A stretch of DNA of 64,000 bases, from positions 1 to 64,000 of the forward strand of contig QPGO01000193.1 of NCBI GenBank assembly GCA_008632985.1, in the 5' to 3' direction. A model generated the notes under the pieces. The model searched no databases. It saw nothing but the letters and a program-made list of their open reading frames with translations, and was not told the origin of the DNA. Positions 24,327 through 35,173 of this stretch are shown piece after piece. Positions within the stretch are counted from its first letter, which is position 1. The number at the start of each line of letters is the position of its first letter. This DNA comes from Psammoneis japonica. Taxonomy: Eukaryota. A program made the translations under genes and the position numbers.

Positions 24327-25130
24327 ATGTCGACCAAGGCTTTTGACAACATTCTCAAAAAGATCAATGAGACCTCCACAGATCCAAAGGATTGGGAAGA
24401 GTTTGAGAAAAAATGGAGTGAAGTTAAAGAGGCAGGTGACACCGATGAGGAACACTTTGTTTTGGATTTTGATGGACCCTGCCCTCCCTTGGGACTCTAC
24501 AAAAAAATTCTTGCCGACGGTGAGTTCCCTCATGGAGATGAGTTGGAACCTCCCTTGATTTGACTTGTGTTGTTGATTGCCACAAATTCAGGACACTGTT
24601 CAGTCGAACACTGCTGTGCTCTCAAGAAGGATTGTGGCTCCAAAGACAAGGAGGAATGCGCTCACAGATGCAATGAACGTTGGGCGACATCCCACTCCGC
24701 ATTGACGTGGTTGTTGATGGAAGTGTGCGTGAATGAGTCACAAATTTCCAATGTGGAACATGTCGTTGGCTTGATCACCTGCATGGTGACAAAAAATCCC
24801 AAGCTGTGGCAGATCAAACCAACTGCGTTATTTTCAAAAGGCGAAAGAGGTGATCCTTGGAACATGGTTTGTCAACTTTGGGAGAAGGTTGTCAACTTGT
24901 CCGGCATGGACGACAATGAAAAAACTTGACTGGCCAAGGAGCATTTTGTGCTGACTCAAGACAGTTACAAGGCTTTTCTCGAATCCCGCAAAAAGTCGGA
25001 CCTGGAAGTGTTCCTTGCAGCGAAAGGCATTGATTGTCTCCCATTTGAGGCTTTGGATTCTGCTGGCCGACCCAGTGAGAAACACACCTGAAGCTGAAAA
25101 AAGAAGAATGGACAGCATGTGCAGTGAATG
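24327..25130 (+). pseudogene. Degenerate ORF of unknown family interrupted by in-frame TGA stops
   Basis: MSTKAFDNILKKINETSTDPKDWEEFEKKWSEV... reads protein-like in one frame through TGA codons at 24561 and 24927, consistent with CGA->TGA. Confidence 0.45.
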
Positions 25131-27217
25131 GTCTCCTCGTTGCCTGTTGCACCCAGCTCTTCGTTGTGTTTGCGTTTTCCACTCAAACTGTGAAATGGAA
25201 AGCTGTGACCGGCAGCTGGCCAGAGCAGTTCATTTGTGGACAAGGTTCTTGTGTTGCGGTTGACTCGACTGAACAATCACCACTTCTTGAAACCCATGTA
25301 CGAACATTCGGGAACCGGTCTCACAAAGCAGATCGGCAGCATTTCTGAGTGGAGGAAGGAGACAACCACTCAACATCCCTCGAAGCTTCATTCTGCTCAG
25401 GGGTGCACTTGTCCATGCCATGACAGTTTGGATGAGCGGACGAGTTAGGACTTCCAGAACACATCCGGGTTCTTGCAAAATGCCTGTCACAATGGAAGCT
25501 TGACACAGGAACAACTGACAAGCCTTTTGTTCATCGTCGAGGCTCGTCACCACACTGTCAGAGAACCCTTGGCAAGGACTTAGTCTCCTTTGACAACCAT
25601 CGGGGATGATGCATCATTGCTGCTCCCAACTCTTGCTTTTGTCTCCATTTTGACCGACTGGGTTGCTCAGGAACAGAGCGCAGGCCTCGAATGATGACTC
25701 CACTCAGAGCCAAGTTTTTGGTCACTGGAAGCACCCAGTTGTGAAGAAGAGGTGCAGTGGCAGTTCAAGTCATTCATTGTGGAGATGCAAGAATGGTTGT
25801 CCATGCCATTGCCAGCGGGCTTTTTTCTGCTCAGCACCAGAAACCAGGGCTGACCATTTGTGGATCTTGACTGACATGTTCGCAGATGGCTCAATTTCCA
25901 GTGGGCTCCCAACAATGTGAACTCCAGTGCATTTGCCAGCATCTTCACCTTCAAGAAGGAATGGTGCCAAGGGATTTGTGACCTGGATTGTTCCAACTGG
26001 GATGTGGTTCAATGGGCAGACAATGGCACAGAAGTGGACCAAAAATGACGGCCATCATGACCGCCGGCTCCTGTCTGGCCCTCGCACTGTGATTTCCTTC
26101 CTGGTGCTGGTGCTGACAACTGACATCAGCGTGTGCTTTTTAAAACAATCACAGGAGAAAAGGGCAAAGGCAAGAGGATTTGATTTTTGGGATTTTCTGC
26201 TGCACCAGAAAGGTGCGGTGTGCTGCACGCCTCATCGCTGCTGGCAAAAAGCAGCGACATGAGGGTGGTGTGTTGTCACAATGTTTGTCATGCTGGTGAT
26301 CATGTGTCCTGGATTCTTTTGTCTTTGCAAACACTCAGTTTGTTGAGTTTGCAAGAGCACTCATTTGCAAAAGTCCCCCAGAACAGCCCTCGCTCATTTT
26401 CAAACCATCGCGGCAACAGAGAGCTCTGCGCTTTTTCTGCCAGTCACTTTTGATGTGTTCAACATCATTGAATGACTGAGACTTCATCCTGGGGGACTTT
26501 TTTACATGTTCACAACAGTGTGACATGTCATTGTGTCAAGCAGCCATTGCAAAGTCATCGTCAGAGAGGGTTGGAAAGTGTTTGTCATCGTCATCCGCTT
26601 CAAACGGCAACTTGTTGAGCAAATTGCACTCATGTGCACCACCAACGTTGTCTGTCCAAAATTTCAACACCACATTTGGTTTTGTCACTCACTTTTAAGC
26701 TGCTCGTAAATCAACACAAGCGCAAGAGTTCGCAGGTGACATCGCTCCCTCCAAGAGGAGGTGCAGCGAGTTGCGAGTTGGCGCAAAATAGTCACGAAGC
26801 ACCGGTTTCTGAAAATGTCAGCCTCACTCACACGCAAACTGTTGGGTCAAGTGAGTGTGGCACTTTTTTTCTTGTGACTGCGAAGAAGCTAATGACAGCC
26901 ACTTCCATAAGTCATTATATGAAGGTGTCAATAAATATTGTCAGACCGACAATGTCTTGACATTGGTTTTTTCTTCAATGACGCTCACTATCGAACAATG
27001 AGAACGACGAATGAATCCAGGGCTCCACGACTTGATGCTGCCACAACTATCTTGTTGATCTCTTGACACGCTTTTTCTCGATTCTTGATTGAGAAACGTC
27101 AAGATAAGGTAGTAGCTGGTGTGTTTTGGACGGGAGGATACGTCCACATAACGTGAGAAAAAAGAACAAAAAGGTTGAGGTGTTCCAAGAGTAGACAGCC
27201 ACTGCATTCAAAGCACA

Positions 27218-28039
27218 ATGGACTCCTCTCGCTACAATTATTTTATCAGCATACTGCTGGCTATTCTGGTAGCTCCCTCCGTTGCCGTTCTTGTTGGGGT
27301 CGATGCAGATGGCCTTCCAAACAATTCTCCAATAGGCAACGCCTTTCCAGGGGTCACACTCCAGGCCGTAGGACCGAAAATTAGTGGCACGAACGAGGTT
27401 TATGCGATCAATCCAAACGTCTACCTTCAGCCCTTTACGCCGTCGACGGGATCCATGGTTTTTGGCACGGACATGTGGCATTTCCAAAGTCTCTGGGGAG
27501 GTTGGTCCAAGGCGAAACTTCAAATCGATTTCGTCGTTGCTCCAACCTATGTGTCGCTCGACGCCATTTCCAATGACTCGGATGACATTGGCGTTCTCGA
27601 AGCCTTTGACAAGGATGACAATTTAGTGGACACCTATACCACTGCATCGATTCCTGCCAATGACTTTGAGACAATGAGCATTTCTTCCCTGTCTGGAAAC
27701 ATTGCGTATGTTATTGCCGGTGGTGTAGACTTTTCAAGCGTTGGATTAGACAATTTGATCTACAACGTTCTCGAGGTCCAAAAGTGTGCAGAGCTCAATG
27801 CAAACAGATCGGAAAGCAAACTAGCGAATTGTCCTGCTCTTTTGGATGTTTTGAATGCCGCCTGTCCCTGTGATGGCAGCAGGAAGAATCACAGCGCGTA
27901 TGTGTCATGTGTGCGCCAGCGCTTAAAAGCTCTTGAAGGCGCTCGTGCCATTACGGATATGAAGAAGATGCGTGACATCATTCGCAGGCTTGCTAGAAGC
28001 AACAAATGTTTGAAGAAGAATTTGCGCCACCGTGCCTAG
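27218..28039 (+). CDS. Secreted protein of unknown function with a C-terminal CPC-G--KNH--YVSCV module
   Basis: 273-aa intronless ORF with signal peptide; beta-rich middle (IDFVVAPTYVSLDAI...GVLEAFDKDDNLV); ACPCDGSRKNHSAYVSCV. Confidence 0.75.
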   Translation: MDSSRYNYFISILLAILVAPSVAVLVGVDADGLPNNSPIGNAFPGVTLQAVGPKISGTNEVYAINPNVYLQPFTPSTGSMVFGTDMWHFQSLWGGWSKAKLQIDFVVAPTYVSLDAISNDSDDIGVLEAFDKDDNLVDTYTTASIPANDFETMSISSLSGNIAYVIAGGVDFSSVGLDNLIYNVLEVQKCAELNANRSESKLANCPALLDVLNAACPCDGSRKNHSAYVSCVRQRLKALEGARAITDMKKMRDIIRRLARSNKCLKKNLRHRA

Positions 28040-28907
28040 ATCCTTGATGAAAGAGTGCGTACGGAATCAATTGAATTATTTACATACTCATATTGCGTGT
28101 AATAAACTGCAGTTCCTCTGCGAAGGAATAGATACAAATTGTATAAGCGAATGATCATACAAAGGCTTTTAACTCCTTTGTGTTACACACCTTATATTGC
28201 AAGACCAAAAGGTGAAAGATTGCCTTCCGTTCGGATAGCATGCTCGAAGAAGCGATGTGATGAGAGAAAAGTTTGCGGCGTCTTCTAGTTTCGCAATGGA
28301 CTGCCCGTACCTGCGTAGCGATCTCTAGCAGTGTTGAAATGAACAAGGCAATCCTGGCGACGCAAGCTCCTTCACTGGTACCGACAGGTCGCGTTGCTTA
28401 GTGAATAAACTAGACGCTACGAGTATGAATGTTCCCGGTCGAATCGTTGAACTCGATAGCATCTAAGTGCGTAGACTAAAGTCTTGGGTGCTCATGAATG
28501 TTTTGACGACATCAACCACCATCGGAAGAGAGTTTTGATTTCGAGCTTTCCAAATTGTCTGAGGTCATTGCGGGTTTTTCAGAAATGTCCATCGAACATC
28601 CTCCAAACAGTATCATTTAACAACTGAAATACTTATCGGACATAATTCTCTTAGACGATAATTTATGCCATCCTGCCCTATAAATACTCAACTTATCCTG
28701 AACTATTGACGAAAACACTATCTTGTCTATCCTACAGGTATGCTGGTATTGGAAACAGTTATGAAGACAGTCATTGTCTGCTCACTTATCACAATAAATG
28801 TTGCTGGTGGAGCAACCTTGACCTCAGTCAAAGCACCCGTTCGCACACATCGCAGGAACTTCTCACTTTTTTGCAAACAGAGTTTCGGCAAAGGGTGCAA
28901 GAAGAAG

Positions 28908-29869
28908 ATGAAGTTCGCCTTTGGCTCGATCGTGAGCATTTGGTGCCTTGTGTCTGTCAACGGCCATGAGGACAGCCCAAAGTACGAAGATGCGCAGGAA
29001 GCTCTTGTCGACAGGCAGTTGTACCGGTACAAAAAAGCCACGCCTAAGCGTGGCGCGTGCTGCTTCTACTACGGAATCAAAGAGTGTCTCGTCCTCAGGC
29101 CTGGAAACTGCTGGAGGAGGGGAGGAAACTATGTAGGAAATGGAACTGAGTGTGCGCCCTACAACAAATGCCCTCATGTTCCGAAACGTACCCCGAAGCC
29201 TACGCCGTATCCTACCCCGAAGCCTGACAAGCCGTATTATTATAAGCCGAAGCCCACGCCATATCCAACCCCGAAGCCCACGCCATACCCAAAGAAGTAC
29301 CCAACTCCGAAGCCCACGCCTTACCCAACTCCGAAGCCCACGCCATACCCGACTCCGAAGCCCACGCCTTACCCTACTCCGAAGCCGACGCCATACCCAA
29401 CCCCGAAGCCCACGCCTTACCCACTCCGAAGCCGACGCCGTACCCTACCCCCAAGCCTTACAAGTACACTCCACCCCCAAAGCCCACTCCTTACCCTACC
29501 CCAAAGCCTTACAAGAAGTACTACCCAACCCCAAAGCCCACGCCTTATCCTACGCCGAAGCCTTACGATCCATACTATTATTACCCAAAGCCGATTGAAC
29601 TTCGAGGATCTTGTTGCTTTAAAGACGAGGGCAAATGCCTTAATCTCAAAAAGCAGCCATGCCTGCGCAAAGGAGGTCACTTTGGCGGTAAAGGCAATCT
29701 TTGTAGCGAGAAGACGTGCCCAGCTGCGTATGGAGCTTGCTGCAAGAAGGATGGCTCTTGCGTCGTGGTCAGGAAGAAGTTTTGCACCAAAGTTAAGGGA
29801 TACTTTGTTGGATTTGGCACCGTCTGCAAGAAGAACACGTGCCCCAAGTATAAGTATCCCTACTATTGA
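28908..29869 (+). CDS. Secreted extensin-like protein: (PTPKPTPY)n repeats flanked by three GA/SCC Cys modules; 1-nt frameshift at ~29421
   Basis: Signal peptide [19 protein letters not shown]. Repeats continue in the shifted frame after 29421, then [12 protein letters not shown]...CP and [11 protein letters not shown]...CPKYKYPYY, stop at 29869. Confidence 0.8.
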
Positions 29870-30430
29870 AGAGCATTCGAGATTGCTGGAGACCTTTTGA
29901 ATGCTCCACCTTAGGATATACGTATTGCATTTTCGAAGCGTACAGCCATTGTTTCATCTCGTGGTGTGACCAATCACGAAACGGCTGTTGCTTTTGTAGG
30001 AAATGTAAATTGTGTTAGGTTCATGTTTTTGTTTGACACTTCGTTTCTTTGCAATAGATTCTTTCTTTCCAACAAGTTTTATGCCAAAACGATTGTGTCA
30101 AGTTCGCGCCTTTTGACAACTCATCTCTCTCTCTCTCTTTCCAGAATATGGTCAACCATTGCCAATAGATTTTTCTGTCTTGGTGACACGGTAAAGCGAA
30201 GGCTACTGTACTCTCTATTCTCTCTACTCTCTAGCTACTAGAGTCTTCCGGGTCCTTTTATTGTCCTGACGCAGGTCGGACGAGAAAGATCGCGATATTT
30301 TTTCACCCTCATTTTTTGTGCGTCGTTTCATCAGTGTTTTCTTTTGTTCTTTTGCTGTTGCGACACGTGCCTTCTAAAATTCGACACCAGCTGCTGCTCA
30401 TACTGTCAAGATAGATTCGTTTCGTTACCC

Positions 30431-31945
30431 ATGCCTTGTGTAAGCTTCCACCGCTCCAGTCTTTGTAGGCTTCTTGTAGCGGCGTTGCTACTGCTCGTGT
30501 CACCTGCATGCCGAGCGCAAGAAGAAAACAAAAAGGTTGCTCTACTGGCAGATCCGCTACAGGCGGACAAGCTTCTCGATTGGATTGCCGAGAATGGTTC
30601 CGCCTTACAAGGACAGTCCTTTGTGACACAGCAGTCCTTGGTAGAACTGCTCAAGTTTGATTTTCGTACCCACTGGGTCAAAATGGATGTGAAAGCTCTC
30701 TCGGATGATGTCGCTGATATTTTGATTGCCGGCATGGCTGCTGCGGGAGAACTTTCTGGCGTGGTGTACTTTCCCGATTTTACGCGTGATAGCAACGCGG
30801 TCCATACCATTGTTCGTGCTTGCGTCGCAAGTCAAATTCCCTTTGCGCTCAACAAGGAAACTGCGAACCTGGCTCTCCGTGGCATTACAAAGGCCCGAAC
30901 CGCTTACCTCATTTTCAATCCCATTGCCGGTCAAGGCGACGCCGAGTCAGAACTGGCTCTGATTCGTGCTACTCTCGAGCCCCAAATGATCCTTCATGTC
31001 GTACTTACGCAAAAGGATCGAGAAGCTTCGGATCAAGCTATTGAAATTGTAAATACTATCAAGGCGAGTCCAGAGTATTCGGATGGAGATACAGCGTCCA
31101 GCATCATTATAGCGTCGGGCGGAGATGGAACCGTTTCTGGTGAGTTTTTTATTCTTTGTTCTTGTTGTCTACACCACTCCATTATAAAAACAACAGCTTC
31201 GCAGTAGTATCTAGCCTCACCCTCTTTTTCTCCAGCCGTGGCGGGAGCCACAATGGGAACCGGTATCCCGCTGGGTGTCATTCCTCGTGGTACCGCCAAT
31301 GCCTTTAGTGTCGCCCTGGGCATTCCAACCGGTGTCCTTGCCGCTTGTCACAATATATTGTTGGGACAGACGCGCAAGATTGACTCAGCCACATGCAATG
31401 AAGTTCCCATGGTGCTCATTGCCGGTCTTGGCTTTGAAGCCGGCATGGTGGATAACGCGTCGCGTGAATTGAAAAATGTGTTGGGACCTCTGGCCTATGT
31501 ATTGGGCGGAGCACAGCAAGTCATTCAACAAGAACCCTTTACCTGCCGTGTGTCTATTGACGACAAGCCACCCAAAGAATTGCAAACCACGGCACTCACC
31601 GTTGCCACGGTTGCGCCTCCGACATCCGTCATGGCTCAATGTTATGGTGTCGTTATTCCCGATGATGGACTGCTGGATGTGACCATTTCAACCGGCACGG
31701 GAGCGTGGAAAGGCTTGCAAGCCTTGGGTTCTCTGGTCGCTTCTGCCATTGTCAAGGAACCTACCAATACGGATGCACTCTTGTGTGTCCGTGCCAAGTC
31801 ACTCACGGTAGAGTGTGATCCGGTACAAAAGGCAGTGATTGATGGTGAAATTCTTGAAATGAATCCAATCCACTTTCAAGTCGTGCCCGATAGTTTGACC
31901 GTGATTGCTCCTCTTGACGAAGCGCCACAAGAAGAGCCGAAATGA
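30431..31945 (+). CDS. Methylglyoxal-synthase-like domain fused to YegS/BmrU-type diacylglycerol/lipid kinase; exons 30431-31139 and 31236-31945
   Basis: AYLIFNPIAGQG, ASGGDGTVS, PLGVIPRGTANAF, AGLGFEA, IDGE. Upstream MGS-like VALLAD...IVRACVASQIPFALNKETA. A 96-bp GTGAGT..CAG intron restores the frame. Confidence 0.87.
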
Positions 31946-32039
31946 TTGTATTGGGTAGATTGAGTGTATTGGGTGGATTGAGACGAATGTCATTGGCATT
32001 TGTGTTGTTCCATTGGTGTCTGGATAAGTTAAAGAGCTT

Positions 32040-32740
32040 TGACTAGCAATCACGTTTCCTCGTCTTATGCTCGCTTGACGCTGTTTGCCCACCCAATTTC
32101 CAAGGTTATTTCGTTCCTCTTTGTGCGAATATAATAGGTAACGCAATCTGTATTCTAGACGCTTTTCACGGCCGTGGTCAAGTTTCCCGTCCTTTCTACG
32201 ACGCATGGCCTGTACACACAAAATGACGAAAAGTACAGTGTTGCCGATGGGTGGTGATGAGCCTTCGTCAGGAGCTTCTAGCTGGAGTCTCTCCTTTGAG
32301 GAACGACTTGTCTGCCATTGATTCTGCTGTAACAACCGGTTCATCCATTCAAACTTTGGTTGTACAATGGGCACAGGAAAGACTGACACTCCATCAAATG
32401 ACACAGTCATGTGACACACATTTAACCTCAAGCATCAGGCTTTAATGCTTTGCTGATGCATGCCCATGGAGAGTCAAACTTTTGATGCAAGGAAAATGAA
32501 AAAGGTGGTTGCATTGTGTTTCAACAAGCAGAGCAAAAGGTGAACAGGTGTTTGCAAACCACAGAGATCAAATTTCCCAGCCTTTCTCATTGAACACATT
32601 GCATGCTTGCCCACCTCCTGAGATTCTTTCCACACCTTGCACATGCTCGCATGGAACTGTGCAATGTCCCTTGCATTTCTTGAGTCAAAGGAGAAGTCAA
32701 AACACACCATTTCCCACTGCACAGAGAACATGCGCACCAA
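32040..32740 (-). pseudogene. Scrambled helicase-associated (HA) domain fragments
   Basis: RRRKDGKLDHGREKRLE, EERNNLGNWVGKQRQ and ...MRKAGKFD fragments resembling the HA repeats at 6.6-7.8 kb. Confidence 0.55.
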
Positions 32741-32847
32741 ACAACATCAATTTTTCCAGTCATTTTTCTGGGTTGCTGTTTCTGGCTTCAAAATTGCACT
32801 GGGGGGCTCTGCACAGGGGCCAACAAGGAACAGTGTCACAAACACAA

Positions 32848-33232
32848 CATTTTTCCTTTTGTTTCAATCAAAAATGTTTTTCAAAGTGTGACAAGGCACT
32901 GGCATGTGCTGCGATGTTGCTGTTCATTGTTCCAAGTCAAAAATGGGGCAAATGAATCATCAGTGCAGACATTGTCTCCATGTTGTCACAGCATGTGTGT
33001 CGTCGTTCCAACACGGATTTTGTGCACCATGTTTGTGCACAAACAGCATTTTTCCTTTTGTTTCAGTCAAAATCATTTTTCAAAGTGTGACAATGCATTG
33101 GAATGTGCTGTGATGTTGCTGTTCATTGTTCCAAGTCAAAAATGTGGCAAATGAATCATCAGTGCGGACATTGTCTTCATGTCGTCACAGCGCGTGTGTC
33201 GTCATTCCACAACACGGATTTTGCACACCATG
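32848..33232. repeat. ~199-bp imperfect tandem duplication inside a TpA-depleted island
   Basis: catttttccttttgtttca...gatgttgctgttcattgttccaagtcaaaaatg...aacacggattttg..caccatg occurs at ~32848 and ~33047. Confidence 0.85.
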
Positions 33233-33776
33233 TCTTTTTGTGCAATTGCTCAAACTTGCCAAGTTTGAGCAAATGGTGGTGCAAGTTTGGGAGCTTGGGC
33301 AATTGCTCAAACTTTTGTCGTGGAAAAGCCGAGGCTGGAACGCTCAGTCATGGCCGCCAAATGTTGCTTGGTGTGGTGGTGTTTGCCAATGTCCATTGTG
33401 ACTGCACGCACATGTGCATTTGAGCAGTTTTCCCAAATGGTGCTGCCTCACACACTTGGAGAAGAGTGGCAACACATGCCCACAGGTGCCAGGTGATGCA
33501 AGCCAAAATTTGCACACTGTGAGGTGTTTTCACATCACTTGGCCTCACACCTCACACCTCTGCATTCTCTCTGAGTGCCACATGGACAAACTCTCCTGCC
33601 CTCAATTCTCAGCTCTCTGACAAAGCAAGAAGATTTTGCTGGTGTCTCACCTTGTCTTGGGACCCATGGGGTCTGCAACACACAGCTGCGCAGAACAACC
33701 AACCTCTCAATCGTCACACAGGCCCTGCCACTCTCTGCTCTCTGCCAGCTGGCAGCAGCCAGCTGCCAGAGCTCTG

Positions 33777-34764
33777 GTGTCTAGTCTGCCAGGTTTTTTC
33801 CTCAATTGAGGCAGCAAAAAGCACCTCAATTGAGGTGGTCAAAATGCACCGTGGACAGGAAATAACATGCTGTTTTGGCAAATGACACGACAGACGATGA
33901 TGTCAATTCCATTGCGCAAAGTGGTCTCCACAATGACAATGAAGCTGTTGCAACACTCGTTGCACCTTGCTTTGCATGCACAATGCGCTCGCCTGCACCA
34001 AATTTGAATCTTGATGTCCACAAATTAGCCACAAACGCGGGGTGCGAAAATGGCCCATCACATTCATAAAAACACTTTTGACACACTTTCAGCCACAGCA
34101 TCGTCTCGCATTCAACACATGTTGATGCATCTTGTGCTTGTCATTGTTGATTGTTGTGTTTTGGCGACATGAATTGGCACAAAGATTGTTGATCTCGGTC
34201 GTTTGTTGCGACAGCAATTCTGATGCTGCGATCGCAAATGATGGCCCCTGAAAGCTCCGCACACAACAGCGCACTTCTCTTTGTCACAAAGAAGACATCC
34301 TGCTGTGCATGCAGCATGTGTTTGCCATCGTTGCAGACCCGAATTTTTGAGGTGCCATTTTTTGCATTTTGCGCTTGACCCCTTTTTTTTCGACTGTCAG
34401 CTCGATTTCGAGACTCGGACTGCCATGACAAGGTCTTCCTTGTTGTGTTGCACGATTCTGTTTAAAGGTAGATTGTTGAGAGAGTCCCAGAGTTTGTAGA
34501 ACGGCGGTCGCATCATCGTCAAAGTGCCAAAATTCGCGCACATTTGGCATGCGCATGTTTGCATGCCAACAAGTGAAGAAGAAAATGTGCTGTCGAGTGC
34601 GAACAAAGAGCCCAACTGTTGCCCCAAGAGGTTTTAAAGCATGGAGAACAACATTCTAGTGTCACTTAGGGGCTACAACGGTTTTAGCGATTTAGCGAGG
34701 GGGGTCGAAAAACTACCTCAATTGAGGTTTTTACCTCAATTGAGGTGCTTGGTAGACTAGACAC
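33777..34764. mobile_element. Non-autonomous TIR DNA transposon (~1 kb) with paired palindromic subterminal motifs
   Basis: Left gtgtctagtctgccagg vs reverse complement of the right end gtgtctagtctaccaag. CCTCAATTGAGG palindrome twice at each end (33800, 33824, 34716, 34734). Flanked by TG (left) and TA (right). Confidence 0.8.
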
Positions 34765-35173
34765 TAGTTGAAGGTTTCAGTCTTGCGAGATGAACGTTCT
34801 TTGAGATTCCTACGTAAAACACTCATATATTTAGTAGCGTAGTATGTATGTACGTGATTTCCTGTAGCTTGGTCACTGGAGCTGCTGACCCAAGACTGCG
34901 GCATGATGTAAAAATCAAGAGTCCTAAATCGTCAAGAAAACACCGACTTCACCATCACTTCCAACTTCTTCCAAAAAGAACTGCAAAAGAACAAAAGAAA
35001 GTGTTCCTCTTTGTACATTAACAAAGACACTTGAGGTGAGTGCGTCTTGATTGTTTCTTGATTCTGAGTTTTTGTGATCAAAGAGGAGGTGCGAAATACG
35101 AAACGCACTCAGTCGTGCTCTCCCGTGCTTTCTCGTATCTTTTCTACACGAGCAGAAACGTGCCAGAAACACA

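Larger units (their letters stand above)
17660..26890. mobile_element. TpA-depleted island of nested decayed mobile DNA bracketed by degenerate direct repeats
   Basis: gagttggcgcaaaa.agtcacga...gaaaatgtcagcctcactcacac.caaactgt...ttttttcttgtgactgcgaagaagct occurs at ~17661-17836 and ~26775-26890; near-absence of TA between them; contains an assembly N at 23213. Confidence 0.7.

Noticed and set aside
17800..26900. Dozens of 60-200 aa Cys/His-rich ORFs in the islands (also 32-34, 39-41 and 57-64 kb) as real genes
   Set aside because: Loss of TA removes TAA/TAG stops in all six frames and inflates ORF counts; apart from the listed remnants no motifs are recognisable.
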